A stretch of DNA of 64,000 bases from Chloroflexota bacterium (GTDB lineage Bacteria; Chloroflexota; Anaerolineae; CAYNKW01): positions 15,592 through 79,591 of the forward strand of contig JBMOMT010000044.1 of NCBI GenBank assembly GCA_049324835.1, written 5' to 3'. Under the pieces are notes generated by a model. That model had not been told where the DNA came from. It saw only the letters and a program-made list of their open reading frames with translations, and ran no database searches. A program made the translations under genes and the position numbers. The stretch's first letter is position 1. Each line of letters begins with the position of its first letter. Of this stretch, positions 36,816 through 45,433 are shown piece after piece.

Positions 36816-38084
36816 CTATGCCTCGGTCTCTGCCTGGGCCATTTTGCGCTCCAGACGGCGCAGTCGGTGGGTCAGCTCTTCAAAAGTCTCGCGGATGGGG
36901 CGGGTGGAAGAATGGGCGGCCAGCAGTGCCATGGCCTGATGGGTGACTGCCGCCGCCGCGGGCAGATCGCCGACGTGCCATTCGTAGTGTTTGGCCAGCT
37001 CGATGTGGGCGTACACCTCGTCGCAGCAATCGTCCGCGATGACCGCCCGCCACATGTCTGCAGCTTCCTGACGCCGCTCCTGTCGTTTGAGCAAAAACCC
37101 AAGCTGACGACAGGCATCCGCCTTTAATACGGCGGTCGCAGGCCGATCCAACACCGCCCGGTAAACAGCCTCCGACTCGGCCAGCATGCCCTTTGTTTCG
37201 TACCAATGCCCCAAACTGAACAGATCGTCATCGGCGAGCGGCCCGGCGATCAGTGGGTCGGCAAAGACCGCGCCCAGGCGCGCCGCCAGGCTGACCATGG
37301 AGAGCACATCTATCTGGTTGTGGTAGAACACGCCCGCCAGCTCGGTGGCATCGCCGGTCTGAAGGTAATCCAGGTAGATGCGCGGCACCAGCCAGCCGGG
37401 CACTTCGGCCTCTCCGCGCTGCACACCCAGCACTTGTCGCTCCAACGCGCCAAGCGCGCACGAATCCAACCGCCGCCGCCACAGCCGTCGCGCCGGGGTG
37501 AGCAGATCCAGGTGCGGGGCGCGGGTCAATCGACGGGGCTGGCGGGCCAGGGTAAAGCGTGAGTTGAGCAGCGGCAGGTCGAAGGCCCGGCCATTGAAAC
37601 TGACCAGCGCCTCGAAACGATCCAACACCTCACCGACGGCGTGCAGATAGGCTGTTTCCTCGGTCAGATCGCGCATAAAATACTGCTGCACGCAAAAGGT
37701 ATCACCCTGAAAAAAACCCACCCCGGTCTGGAAAACAAAAGTGCCCGCGCCGCCCGAAAGCCCGGACGTTTCGACGTCGAAAAAAACGGCCCGCCGCAGG
37801 TCAAAAACCTGACCGCCGGCCAGATCGGCCAGGCGGGCCAGTGTCTGCGGCGTGATGTCGAGCGCCGCGCCCAGAGGCAGGTGGCCGTGACGGTGGGTCA
37901 GCGGCCAGGATGCTTCGGCGATAAAACAGTCGCCCACCGGGGTGTGCAGCACCCGGCCAGGCACGATCTGCTCGACGCCGACGGCGCGTTTCTGGGGTGG
38001 GGGTTGCAGGTGAGCCGCGCCCTGGTGCAGGCCCAGTCGGCGCAAGCGGTGCAATCGTTTCTGCAGGTCGCTGGTGTCGCCCAT
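36816..38084 (-). CDS. RNase H-like (YprB/COG3359-type predicted exonuclease) domain protein with C-terminal TPR
   Basis: VFFDVETSGLSGGAGTFVFQTGVGFF exonuclease motif I; helical repeats at the C-terminus. Confidence 0.65.
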   Translation of the reverse strand: MGDTSDLQKRLHRLRRLGLHQGAAHLQPPPQKRAVGVEQIVPGRVLHTPVGDCFIAEASWPLTHRHGHLPLGAALDITPQTLARLADLAGGQVFDLRRAVFFDVETSGLSGGAGTFVFQTGVGFFQGDTFCVQQYFMRDLTEETAYLHAVGEVLDRFEALVSFNGRAFDLPLLNSRFTLARQPRRLTRAPHLDLLTPARRLWRRRLDSCALGALERQVLGVQRGEAEVPGWLVPRIYLDYLQTGDATELAGVFYHNQIDVLSMVSLAARLGAVFADPLIAGPLADDDLFSLGHWYETKGMLAESEAVYRAVLDRPATAVLKADACRQLGFLLKRQERRQEAADMWRAVIADDCCDEVYAHIELAKHYEWHVGDLPAAAAVTHQAMALLAAHSSTRPIRETFEELTHRLRRLERKMAQAETEA

Positions 38085-38090
38085 GCCAGC

Positions 38091-38531
38091 CTATTTACGT
38101 TTGCGAAAAGCCAGCCAGCCTGCGCCCAGGCCCAGCAGGCCCAGAATCACGCCGGGGGCAAAACAGAGAGCCGTGGCAAAACCAACGTTTTCCTGGGTGG
38201 TCAGGTCCGATTCACCCATCAGCGCCAGGACGCCCAGGCTACAAAAGCACAGCGACGCCACCAAAAAGCTCGCCGCAGCCACGATAGCCACGATCCGGAT
38301 GGCCGTGCTGCTGTCGCCCTGGGGTTTGGCGGGCTCTGGCGGCAGGTAGGCCCCGGCCGAAGGCTCCGTTTGCGGCAAGGGTTCTTGCTCTGCGGCGGCA
38401 GAGGTATCGATGGGCGGAGGGGGCGCCGCCGGCTGCTCGGCCGGCGCGGTTCGCATGCCGCACTCGCCGCAAAAAACGTCAGCCGGCATCAGGGCTGCGC
38501 CGCAATTGGGACAGGTTCTATCGTTGCTCAT
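38091..38531 (-). CDS. Zinc-ribbon membrane protein
   Basis: CPNCGAAL...FCGECG, a Pro-rich linker and two TM helices. ATG at 38531 after an AAGGAG RBS. The track ORF runs on into the MITE. Confidence 0.6.
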   Translation of the reverse strand: MSNDRTCPNCGAALMPADVFCGECGMRTAPAEQPAAPPPPIDTSAAAEQEPLPQTEPSAGAYLPPEPAKPQGDSSTAIRIVAIVAAASFLVASLCFCSLGVLALMGESDLTTQENVGFATALCFAPGVILGLLGLGAGWLAFRKRK

Positions 38532-38564
38532 GAGGAGAACTCCTTTCGCTGTGTGTGCCTGCGC

Positions 38565-38707
38565 GTAACTGCTCACCCTCCCGCAGACTCTTGTAGGGGC
38601 CGTGACCCTACACTGCCGCAATTTGTCGATTCGCCAGCGTCCAGTCGGCCAGATTGTGGGACAGGATGAACGGTTCTAGCCTGCGGGAGGGTAGGCTGAA
38701 CAGTTAC
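38565..38707. mobile_element. MITE-like element, family A (copy 2)
   Basis: TIRs GTAACTGCTCACCCTCCCGCAGAC / AGCCTGCGGGAGGGTAGGCTGAACAGTTAC. Flanks GCCTGCGC and CCCTGCGC match at 7 of 8 positions. Confidence 0.7.
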
Positions 38708-38761
38708 CCCTGCGCTAGTTGTGCCCGTGAGTCGATATTATACCCGCGAACGGTCGAAAGG

Positions 38762-38788
38762 CAAAACAAAAGGACGCCGCAGCGTCCT
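38762..38788 (-). terminator. Rho-independent terminator of the kinase/FHA/regulator operon
   Basis: Minus strand: AGGACGC-TGCG-GCGTCCT followed by TTTGTTTTG. Confidence 0.7.
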
Positions 38789-38803
38789 CAGAGCGCCCTC
38801 GGG

Positions 38804-38948
38804 TGTATTTTAGTTTTGCGGCGCGTTTTCATCCTCCCGCAGGTTTTCGGCGCACAGGAATCGCTTGCCTCTATTTTGTGACTCTGGCCGAGTGCGACTC
38901 ACCCTGGCAGAACCTGCGGGAGGATGGGCTGCCCCCAAGTGAAATGTG
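38804..38948. mobile_element. MITE-like element, family B (copy 2)
   Basis: CATCCTCCCGCAGGTT...AACCTGCGGGAGGATG. Collinear similarity to 13783-13924. Lies between the regulator stop codon and its terminator. Confidence 0.65.
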
Positions 38949-38961
38949 CTCGTTGGAGGCA

Positions 38962-39690
38962 TTAGAGGGAACCCAGCTCTTGCTGGTGGGCATAATCCAC
39001 AAAACGATAGCCCACGCCTCGCTCGGTGAGAATGTAACGTGGATTGCCCGGATCGGGCTCGATCTTTTTGCGCAGGTAGGCGATGTACAACCGCAACAGG
39101 TGAGACTCGTCGCGATATTCGTGCCCCCAGACTTTGGAGAGCAGCATCTCGTGCGACATGACCCAGCCGGTGTTGCTGATGAGATGGTAAAGCAGGCGGT
39201 ATTCGGTGGGCCGCAGTTTGATCTCCTGGCCATCGACGAACACCTGATGCCGCTGCAAATCTACCGTGAGGTGATCGTCGATGCGGGTGACGGTCTTGGC
39301 AGCGGGGGCAGGCATTTCCAGGCGGCGCAGCAGGGCCTTGATGCGGCTGGAAAGCTCGCGTGGAGAGAAGGGTTTGGTCACGTAATCGTCGGCCCCCAGT
39401 TCCAGGCCACGCACGCGGTCGTCTTCGTCGCCTCGCACGGTGAGCATGATGACCGGCACGGTCGAAACCTCTCGGATGCGCTCCAGGGCTTCGAAACCGT
39501 CCATCTCGGGCATCTGGACGTCCATCACCACCAGGTCTGGCAGCTCATCGCGCACCTTTTCCACGGCCATCAGGCCATTGGTGGCCTCTTCTACGCGATA
39601 GCCCTCCAACTCGAGGTTCATGCGGATGAAACGGATCATGCGGGGTTCGTCGTCGACCACCAGGATCAGTCTGGCATCACTCTGGATCAT
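38962..39690 (-). CDS. OmpR/PhoB-family response regulator (no cognate kinase adjacent)
   Basis: Receiver domain with DDE...VVMDVQMP and a winged-helix C-terminus (...LRKKIE...[12 protein letters not shown]). Confidence 0.92.
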   Translation of the reverse strand: MIQSDARLILVVDDEPRMIRFIRMNLELEGYRVEEATNGLMAVEKVRDELPDLVVMDVQMPEMDGFEALERIREVSTVPVIMLTVRGDEDDRVRGLELGADDYVTKPFSPRELSSRIKALLRRLEMPAPAAKTVTRIDDHLTVDLQRHQVFVDGQEIKLRPTEYRLLYHLISNTGWVMSHEMLLSKVWGHEYRDESHLLRLYIAYLRKKIEPDPGNPRYILTERGVGYRFVDYAHQQELGSL

Positions 39691-39701
39691 GTCACTTTGC
39701 C

Positions 39702-39947
39702 CTACTCGCGGAAAAAGGCGTCGACCTCTTCCCGCTCGGCCTCGCTGGGCATAACTTCTACAAAGCTGATGCGATGCCAGGGAATGATGAGCGTCATGGC
39801 ATCTTCATCCACGTAATGGAGCGGTTTGCCGTCTCGCAGGCGCGGGTTGGTGCAGTTGAGGAAATTATCCTGTGGTTCGGGAAGCTCTTGAACCTCTGCC
39901 ACGAACGGGTCGGCATTGGCCATGTGGACGATAACCGTGTGCGCCAT
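39702..39947 (-). CDS. Hypothetical 81-aa protein
   Basis: Tightly packed in the operon (11-12 nt gaps on both sides). Acidic with no TM. No family recognised by eye. Confidence 0.5.
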   Translation of the reverse strand: MAHTVIVHMANADPFVAEVQELPEPQDNFLNCTNPRLRDGKPLHYVDEDAMTLIIPWHRISFVEVMPSEAEREEVDAFFRE

Positions 39948-39959
39948 TCCAGCACTCCT

Positions 39960-40346
39960 TCACTGAGATTCATCTACATCCGGCAGTTGGTCGTTATCCA
40001 GAGTTGGCCCTTGGAGCAAGCCGGGCAGCTCGAAAAAGACCTGAAAGACCAACATGCCCAGTTGCACCACGTCGCCGTTTTCGAGCGGCATGCTCTGATA
40101 GGGCACCAGGCGATGGCCGTTCAAAAAGGTGCCGTTGACGCTGCCGATGTCCTCCAGGCGCAGCTCGCTGCCATCAAAAAGGAGCCGGGCGTGCCGGCGG
40201 GAAACACCTTTTTCAACCGCGCCGTAGGGGGTCAGGTCTACGTCTGGAAAAGTGTCGCTTGCCGCATCCTGACGGCCAATCAGGGTTTCTGGCTTGAACG
40301 ATAACCGCAACCGGTGACCAATATCGGCGATGACGATTTGAAACAT
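39960..40346 (-). CDS. FHA domain protein
   Basis: FHA signature GR....D......VSRRHA....DG..L.D.GS.NGTF.NG. ATG at 40346 lies 4 nt after the upstream stop. The track ORF extends to 40550. Confidence 0.88.
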   Translation of the reverse strand: MFQIVIADIGHRLRLSFKPETLIGRQDAASDTFPDVDLTPYGAVEKGVSRRHARLLFDGSELRLEDIGSVNGTFLNGHRLVPYQSMPLENGDVVQLGMLVFQVFFELPGLLQGPTLDNDQLPDVDESQ

Positions 40347-40350
40347 CTTT

Positions 40351-40857
40351 TCACCCAAAACGAATGCGTAATACCAGCTTGCCGAGTTGAATTTCATCGC
40401 CGCTTGTGAGAGGGTATTGCAGGTAGGGGGTGAGCCGCTGGCCGTTGAGATAGGTGCCGTTGACGCTGCCCAGGTCTTCGAGTGAGATCTGGTTATCCTG
40501 GCGGGTGATCTTGGCATGCCGTCGTGAGATACCCTTTTCCAGCCCGCCATAAGAAGTCAGGTCCACATCGGGAAAGGTGGCGCTGGCAGCATCCAGCCGG
40601 CCCATGCTCAGCTCTTTGGCCAGTGGAAACTGGATCTGTCGCTCTGCATCGACGATGAGAATGGAAAGCGTCACCGGGCGGGCAGCATCTGCCGATTTTA
40701 CACCGGCCATGGCCGCTTCGCGGTCCACCCAGGCCGATGTTTCCATCATCAACGGGTCGGTGCGTTTGTCACCTTCGTCCACCAGGTAGGCGCCGCATTC
40801 GTCGCAAAAGAGTGTGTTTTCCGGGTGCGCTTTGTGGCAAGATGGACACCTAATCAC
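40351..40857 (-). CDS. Zinc-ribbon plus FHA domain protein
   Basis: CPSCHK...FCDECG followed by FHA (GR.D....FPDVDL...ISRRHA...LEDLGSVNGTYLNG). Proposed GTG start overlaps the upstream stop by 8 nt. The track ORF extends to 40992. Confidence 0.8.
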   Translation of the reverse strand: MIRCPSCHKAHPENTLFCDECGAYLVDEGDKRTDPLMMETSAWVDREAAMAGVKSADAARPVTLSILIVDAERQIQFPLAKELSMGRLDAASATFPDVDLTSYGGLEKGISRRHAKITRQDNQISLEDLGSVNGTYLNGQRLTPYLQYPLTSGDEIQLGKLVLRIRFG

Positions 40858-42328
40858 GGTCGATCTCCTTGGGCAAAATGGAGAGGCTCCGCGTCCCGTA
40901 ACGAATTTTCTTGCGGCCCTCAGGTGAAATGTGCCCCGTGCGGGCCAGCCGCCCGGCTTCCAGCAGGGCCGCCTTGGCCAGCTCGGTCTCACCGATGTTC
41001 AACAGCCGGGTGGCCATGGTCTCCAGACGCTGGCTGGCGCGCTCCACATCGCCCCGCTCCAGTTCCACCATCGTCTTTTCCTGCATACGAAAGATGGCCA
41101 GTTTGCCCAACGCGCCGACGATGACCGGCGGCACAGGCTGACCGTCGGGCCTGTCGGCCACTTCCACCTCGGCGTCTGCCGTGACGTGCACGCCCGGCAT
41201 ATTCAGGGCCACCACATCTCCCTCTACCGTGGCCGTCAGCAGGGGCATTCCACCGACGGCCTCCGTGGTCACCAACAGCTCCACCAGGATACCCAGCGGG
41301 GTGGCTCTCTCCAGGTGGCCCAGCTCGATGGGCATGCTGGCCAATCCCAGGCGGGTGATTTCGGGCGAAATGCCAAAGACATCTTTGAGACGTGCGCTGC
41401 CCTTCGCCGACAGCGTGAGCTGCAAGTTGCGCGCAAAGATGGAACTGAGGCCATGGATCTTGTCGCGGAACACGGTCATGATCTTGGCGGCAGAGTCGAT
41501 GTAGGCCGAAGTGCCCCCGCTGCGCAAAGCGATCGCATCCAACAACTGATCGTTCCAGTCCTGGCCGATGCCCATGGTGCTGACGCTGATGCCCTGCTGA
41601 CCGGCCTCGACTGCCTGAGCCAGACATTCTTGCTCGTCGCCATAAGTTTGCCCGTCGGTCAACAAGATCACGTGATTGATGGTTTGAGAGGTCTGCCAGC
41701 GCTGGACCTGGTCCAATCCGGCCAGCAAGCCCTGCAAGATCTCGGTGCCCCCGGAGCTATGAACCATACTCACCCGCGATTTGGCGATGGCCTTGTCTAT
41801 GGCGCGTTGGGCCGGCAGCACCACCTCGGCCCGGTCGCTAAAGGTGACCAGCGAGAAATAGTCGGCGTCCTGTAGATAGTCGATGATGTAATGGGTGGCC
41901 TCTTTGACGCGCTGCAGGCGCGCCCCCTGCATGGAGGTGCTACGATCCAGCACCAGGCACAGGTTGAGCGGCATACGCGTCACATCCTGAGAGGCAGCCG
42001 GGGTCAATTCCAACAGGGCGTAAAAGATCTGATCCTCGCCCATCAGGCCAAGCTGTTTGTGGCTGGGTGTGATCTTGAGGCTCAAGGGTGAGCTCCGAGC
42101 GGTCTGCAAGCGGCGACGCGCCTGATCGTACTGGGCGCGCTGTTGTGGATCGCTCAGGACATCGTAGGCCTCTTGCACCAATCGGAACAGCAAGGAGGTA
42201 GACTTGGGGGCGTCGGCGGCGTCCGGATGATACTGCCGCGCCAGTCGGCGGTAGGCCCGCTTGATGTCTGTGGCCGTGGCCGTGGGACTCACACCCAAAG
42301 TTGCATAGTAATCCTGTTCGACATCCAT
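40850..42328 (-). CDS. J-domain (DnaJ N-terminal) plus von Willebrand factor A domain protein
   Basis: DYYATLGVSP...AYRRLARQYHPD, then vWA with an intact MIDAS (LVLDRSTSM). ATG at 42328 after a GAGGAG RBS. Confidence 0.85.
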   Translation of the reverse strand: MDVEQDYYATLGVSPTATATDIKRAYRRLARQYHPDAADAPKSTSLLFRLVQEAYDVLSDPQQRAQYDQARRRLQTARSSPLSLKITPSHKQLGLMGEDQIFYALLELTPAASQDVTRMPLNLCLVLDRSTSMQGARLQRVKEATHYIIDYLQDADYFSLVTFSDRAEVVLPAQRAIDKAIAKSRVSMVHSSGGTEILQGLLAGLDQVQRWQTSQTINHVILLTDGQTYGDEQECLAQAVEAGQQGISVSTMGIGQDWNDQLLDAIALRSGGTSAYIDSAAKIMTVFRDKIHGLSSIFARNLQLTLSAKGSARLKDVFGISPEITRLGLASMPIELGHLERATPLGILVELLVTTEAVGGMPLLTATVEGDVVALNMPGVHVTADAEVEVADRPDGQPVPPVIVGALGKLAIFRMQEKTMVELERGDVERASQRLETMATRLLNIGETELAKAALLEAGRLARTGHISPEGRKKIRYGTRSLSILPKEIDRD

Positions 42329-42406
42329 CCGAGTCTCCTCACAACCAGGCCCCACAGGCCCGACATTCGGGCCTGTTTACCCCAGGCGACCCTCCCCCAT
42401 CGACGA

Positions 42407-43273
42407 TCAGCCCTTGACCTGCACCAGTATCACGGTGATGTTGTCTTCACCACCTGCCGCGTTGGCCTGCTGCACCAGTTGTTGACAGGCAGCCTGGGGT
42501 GTGGGGGCTTCACGCACGATGGCCGCGATGCGCTCCTCGGACACATACCCCCACAGCCCATCGCTGCACAACAACAGGTAACTGTTGGCCGGCAACGATT
42601 TGAGGTAAAAATCGACTTCGAGGGTGCTGCCCTGACCGATGGCCTTGTAGAGCACGTTCTTTTGCGGGTGAGAGGCGGCTTCCTCTGGAGAGATCTGGCC
42701 CAGCTCGATCAGCCGCGCCAGTAGTGAATGATCCTGGGTGATCTGTTCCAGACGGCCCTGACGGATCAGGTAGGCGCGGCTATCACCCACGTGGGCGATG
42801 TAGGCATTGGTGCCCTGGACGAGGGCACAGGTGAGAGTGGTGCCGGCCTCTGGCGGCGCCAGGCGATGCACGGCCAGGTTGGCCTCGTTGGCTGCTTCCA
42901 GGATGACCTCACTGATGGGGCGTTGTGCCGCCCCTTCGTCCGAATCGCTGGCCAGCCAGGGCAGGTAAAACTCGCGCAGCACGGCTTCTGCTGCCACCCG
43001 CGCGGTGAGCCCGCTGGCGATGCCGCCGCCTTTTTGCCCCCCCATGCCATCGGCCACCAGAAAAAGTCCAAAGGGAAACGTCTCACCATCCCGCGAGAGG
43101 GTGGCTTTGAGCGTAAAAAAAGCGTCCTGGTTTTGCTTACGCACCTTGCCGATATGGGTCGCCTGCCCAACTTCCAACGTGGGGCCGGTATCCAATGGCT
43201 CCTCTCCAGGCATCACCACATCCTGCACCGCTGATTCCACTTCCATGCCAAGAAGCCGCTTGAAAAAGCTCAT
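42407..43273 (-). CDS. PP2C-family Ser/Thr phosphatase
   Basis: Motifs VADGMGG, AHVGDSRAY, LLCSDGL, GGEDNITV. Confidence 0.92.
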   Translation of the reverse strand: MSFFKRLLGMEVESAVQDVVMPGEEPLDTGPTLEVGQATHIGKVRKQNQDAFFTLKATLSRDGETFPFGLFLVADGMGGQKGGGIASGLTARVAAEAVLREFYLPWLASDSDEGAAQRPISEVILEAANEANLAVHRLAPPEAGTTLTCALVQGTNAYIAHVGDSRAYLIRQGRLEQITQDHSLLARLIELGQISPEEAASHPQKNVLYKAIGQGSTLEVDFYLKSLPANSYLLLCSDGLWGYVSEERIAAIVREAPTPQAACQQLVQQANAAGGEDNITVILVQVKG

Positions 43274-43327
43274 CAGACTCTCTCCCCGTGTATGCTCGAT
43301 CAGCCGGCGCCCCGTCGCACTGTGGTC

Positions 43328-45226
43328 TTAGGCCGGCAGGGCGTAAACGTGATGATCGGTCGAACCGACATAAACCATGTCCTCGTAAATCGCAGCCGAC
43401 GAGAGCACGCGCCCCTCGGTTTTGAAGCGCCAACGCAGTTCACCCGACTTGGCATCCAGGGCATACAGACAACCATCACGCGAGCCAATGTACACCACTC
43501 CCTGGTGAACCTTGGGCGACGATGTGACCTGATCCTCGGTTTCGTATTTCCACACCAGCCGTCCTGAATTGGCATCGACGGCATAAACAGCCCCATCCAC
43601 CGAGCCGACGTAGACGATGCTCAGCTCTGGGGCAACTGCCGGCGAAGAGATAATTGGCCCGCCGGTGCGATAACGCCAGGCCGCCGAGCCGTAACGGGCG
43701 TCCACGGCATACAGGCTGTTATCCATACCGCCGACGAAAACCAGACCTTCATACACCAACGGCGAAGACATCACCCCGCGGGCAATACGGAACTGCCAGC
43801 GCCGGCTGCCACCCTGAATACTCACCGCGTACAGATGGCCGTCGTCGGAGCCAAAGTAAACCACTTCGTCCTCCACCGCCGGCGAGGAACGGATCTCTTT
43901 CATGGCCTGAAATCGCCAGGCCATCCGGCCTGTCTGGGCCCTCACGGTATACAGATAACCATCGTCCGAGCCGAAAAACACGTGGTCGAACTCGACCCTG
44001 GCCGAGGAACGGATGCGCCCATTGGTGGGGCAAGACCAGGCGATGCGCCCCTGCGCAGCGCTGACGGCATAGAGCACCCGATCTTCCGAGCCGACGATCA
44101 CCCGATCCTGGTAGATGCAGGGCGTAGCAGCGATGCCCCCTTCAGTGGCGTACTTCCACATAAACTTGCCCGATTTGGCATCCAACGCCCACAGGTTGTG
44201 ATCATATGCCCCCACATAAAGCACGCCGTTGCCCACCACCGGCGAAGAGCGCACCTCGTCCTCGCAGGCAAACTGCCACACGGCCAATACACTATCGGAC
44301 GAGCGGCTCAGGGTGATGGTACCCACCGAGCCTGCAACCGATTCGCCCGGCTGCACCTCGATGATGGCCTGCAAGGCCAGCTTCATCTCGGCGGCCGAGG
44401 CAAAACGCTTGTCGATATCGTACTGCAGGGCGCGCATGACAATGGCTTCCAGGCCCTCAGACACGGCGGCGTTGATGGCTCGCACGGGGCGTTCTTCAAA
44501 GGAAAAAGGTGGCTCCAGGCGAGGGTCGCGTTTGGTGAGCAGGTGATGCATGGTGGCCCCCAGAGCGTAAATGTCGCCTCTGGGCTCAGCAATGCCACGA
44601 TACTGCTCTGGCGGCGAATAACCCTCTGTGCCGATCATGGTGCCCTTTTGCTCCGGCTGAAAGACTTTGGCGATGCCAAAATCGACCAGCATGATCCGGT
44701 CTTGAGAGGTCAACATGATGTTGTCGGGCTTGATGTCGCGAAAGATGATGGGGTGCGGCTTGAGGTTGTGGAGGTAATTCAGCATATCGCAGATTTCAAC
44801 AGCCCACTTGATGATCGTGTCGTCTGGCAAAAAGCCAGGTGTTTCTTCCAGAATGGTGCCCAGGTTTTTGCCAGGGATGTACTCCATCACAAAGTAGCTA
44901 CGATTGCCCTCGCTGAAATAATCAAAAATCTTGGGCAGCGCCGGGTGATCCAACAGAGCCATCACGCTGGCTTCGCGTTCAAAAGCCTGCACAGTCAGAT
45001 CGCGCAGCCGCACATCCGGCGCAGTGTTGATCATCTCTTTGACAGCGCACAGTCGTGTCACCTTGGGAAAGCGCATATCGCGGGCCTGATACACCACCCC
45101 CATACCGCCAATTGCCAGCGTCTTGAGGATCTCGTACCGCCCCTGGAGTAATGTGCCCTTGGGGAGCGTCTCACCCTCTCCAAGAGGCCCGTCCATTTCC
45201 GGAAACTGCCTCGTGCTTAAGGCCAT
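43328..45226 (-). CDS. Ser/Thr protein kinase with C-terminal PQQ-like beta-propeller repeats
   Basis: FRDIKPDNIM, DFGIAK and GTEGYSPPE, then repeated ...VYVGS.DG.LYA.DA..G...W.. blades. The start is ambiguous: ATG 45226 or GTG 45271. Confidence 0.9.
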   Translation of the reverse strand: MALSTRQFPEMDGPLGEGETLPKGTLLQGRYEILKTLAIGGMGVVYQARDMRFPKVTRLCAVKEMINTAPDVRLRDLTVQAFEREASVMALLDHPALPKIFDYFSEGNRSYFVMEYIPGKNLGTILEETPGFLPDDTIIKWAVEICDMLNYLHNLKPHPIIFRDIKPDNIMLTSQDRIMLVDFGIAKVFQPEQKGTMIGTEGYSPPEQYRGIAEPRGDIYALGATMHHLLTKRDPRLEPPFSFEERPVRAINAAVSEGLEAIVMRALQYDIDKRFASAAEMKLALQAIIEVQPGESVAGSVGTITLSRSSDSVLAVWQFACEDEVRSSPVVGNGVLYVGAYDHNLWALDAKSGKFMWKYATEGGIAATPCIYQDRVIVGSEDRVLYAVSAAQGRIAWSCPTNGRIRSSARVEFDHVFFGSDDGYLYTVRAQTGRMAWRFQAMKEIRSSPAVEDEVVYFGSDDGHLYAVSIQGGSRRWQFRIARGVMSSPLVYEGLVFVGGMDNSLYAVDARYGSAAWRYRTGGPIISSPAVAPELSIVYVGSVDGAVYAVDANSGRLVWKYETEDQVTSSPKVHQGVVYIGSRDGCLYALDAKSGELRWRFKTEGRVLSSAAIYEDMVYVGSTDHHVYALPA

Positions 45227-45321
45227 AAAACAACCCCTACCATCCACTCCCACGTTCGCGTGTCGAGCCACCCTTCACCACGCCTCAGCGGTGCAACTGT
45301 GCGCCGGTTAACGTTATGTGT

Positions 45322-45349
45322 ATTATACACCAGGATGGAAATTTGGCAA
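45322..45349 (-). promoter_or_regulatory. Promoter of the kinase operon
   Basis: Minus strand: TTGCCA-16 nt-TATAAT, located between the ftsH terminator and the kinase start. Confidence 0.55.
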
Positions 45350-45380
45350 AAGCCCAAACTAGCGCAAACAAGACGTCATA

Positions 45381-45412
45381 CAAAATGAGGCCATCGTCGT
45401 ATCACGATGGCC
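45381..45412 (-). terminator. Terminator downstream of ftsH (hairpin with T-runs on both strands)
   Basis: GGCCATCG-8 nt loop-CGATGGCC. Minus strand continues TCATTTTG; plus strand continues CCCCTTTTTG. Confidence 0.7.
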
Positions 45413-45433
45413 CCCCTTTTTGCAGTTCACCTC

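Noticed and set aside
45381-45412. Hairpin with T-runs on both strands, considered as evidence for a plus-strand gene or sRNA ending here
   Set aside because: There is no plus-strand promoter or ORF upstream. It is explained as the ftsH terminator, bidirectional in form only.
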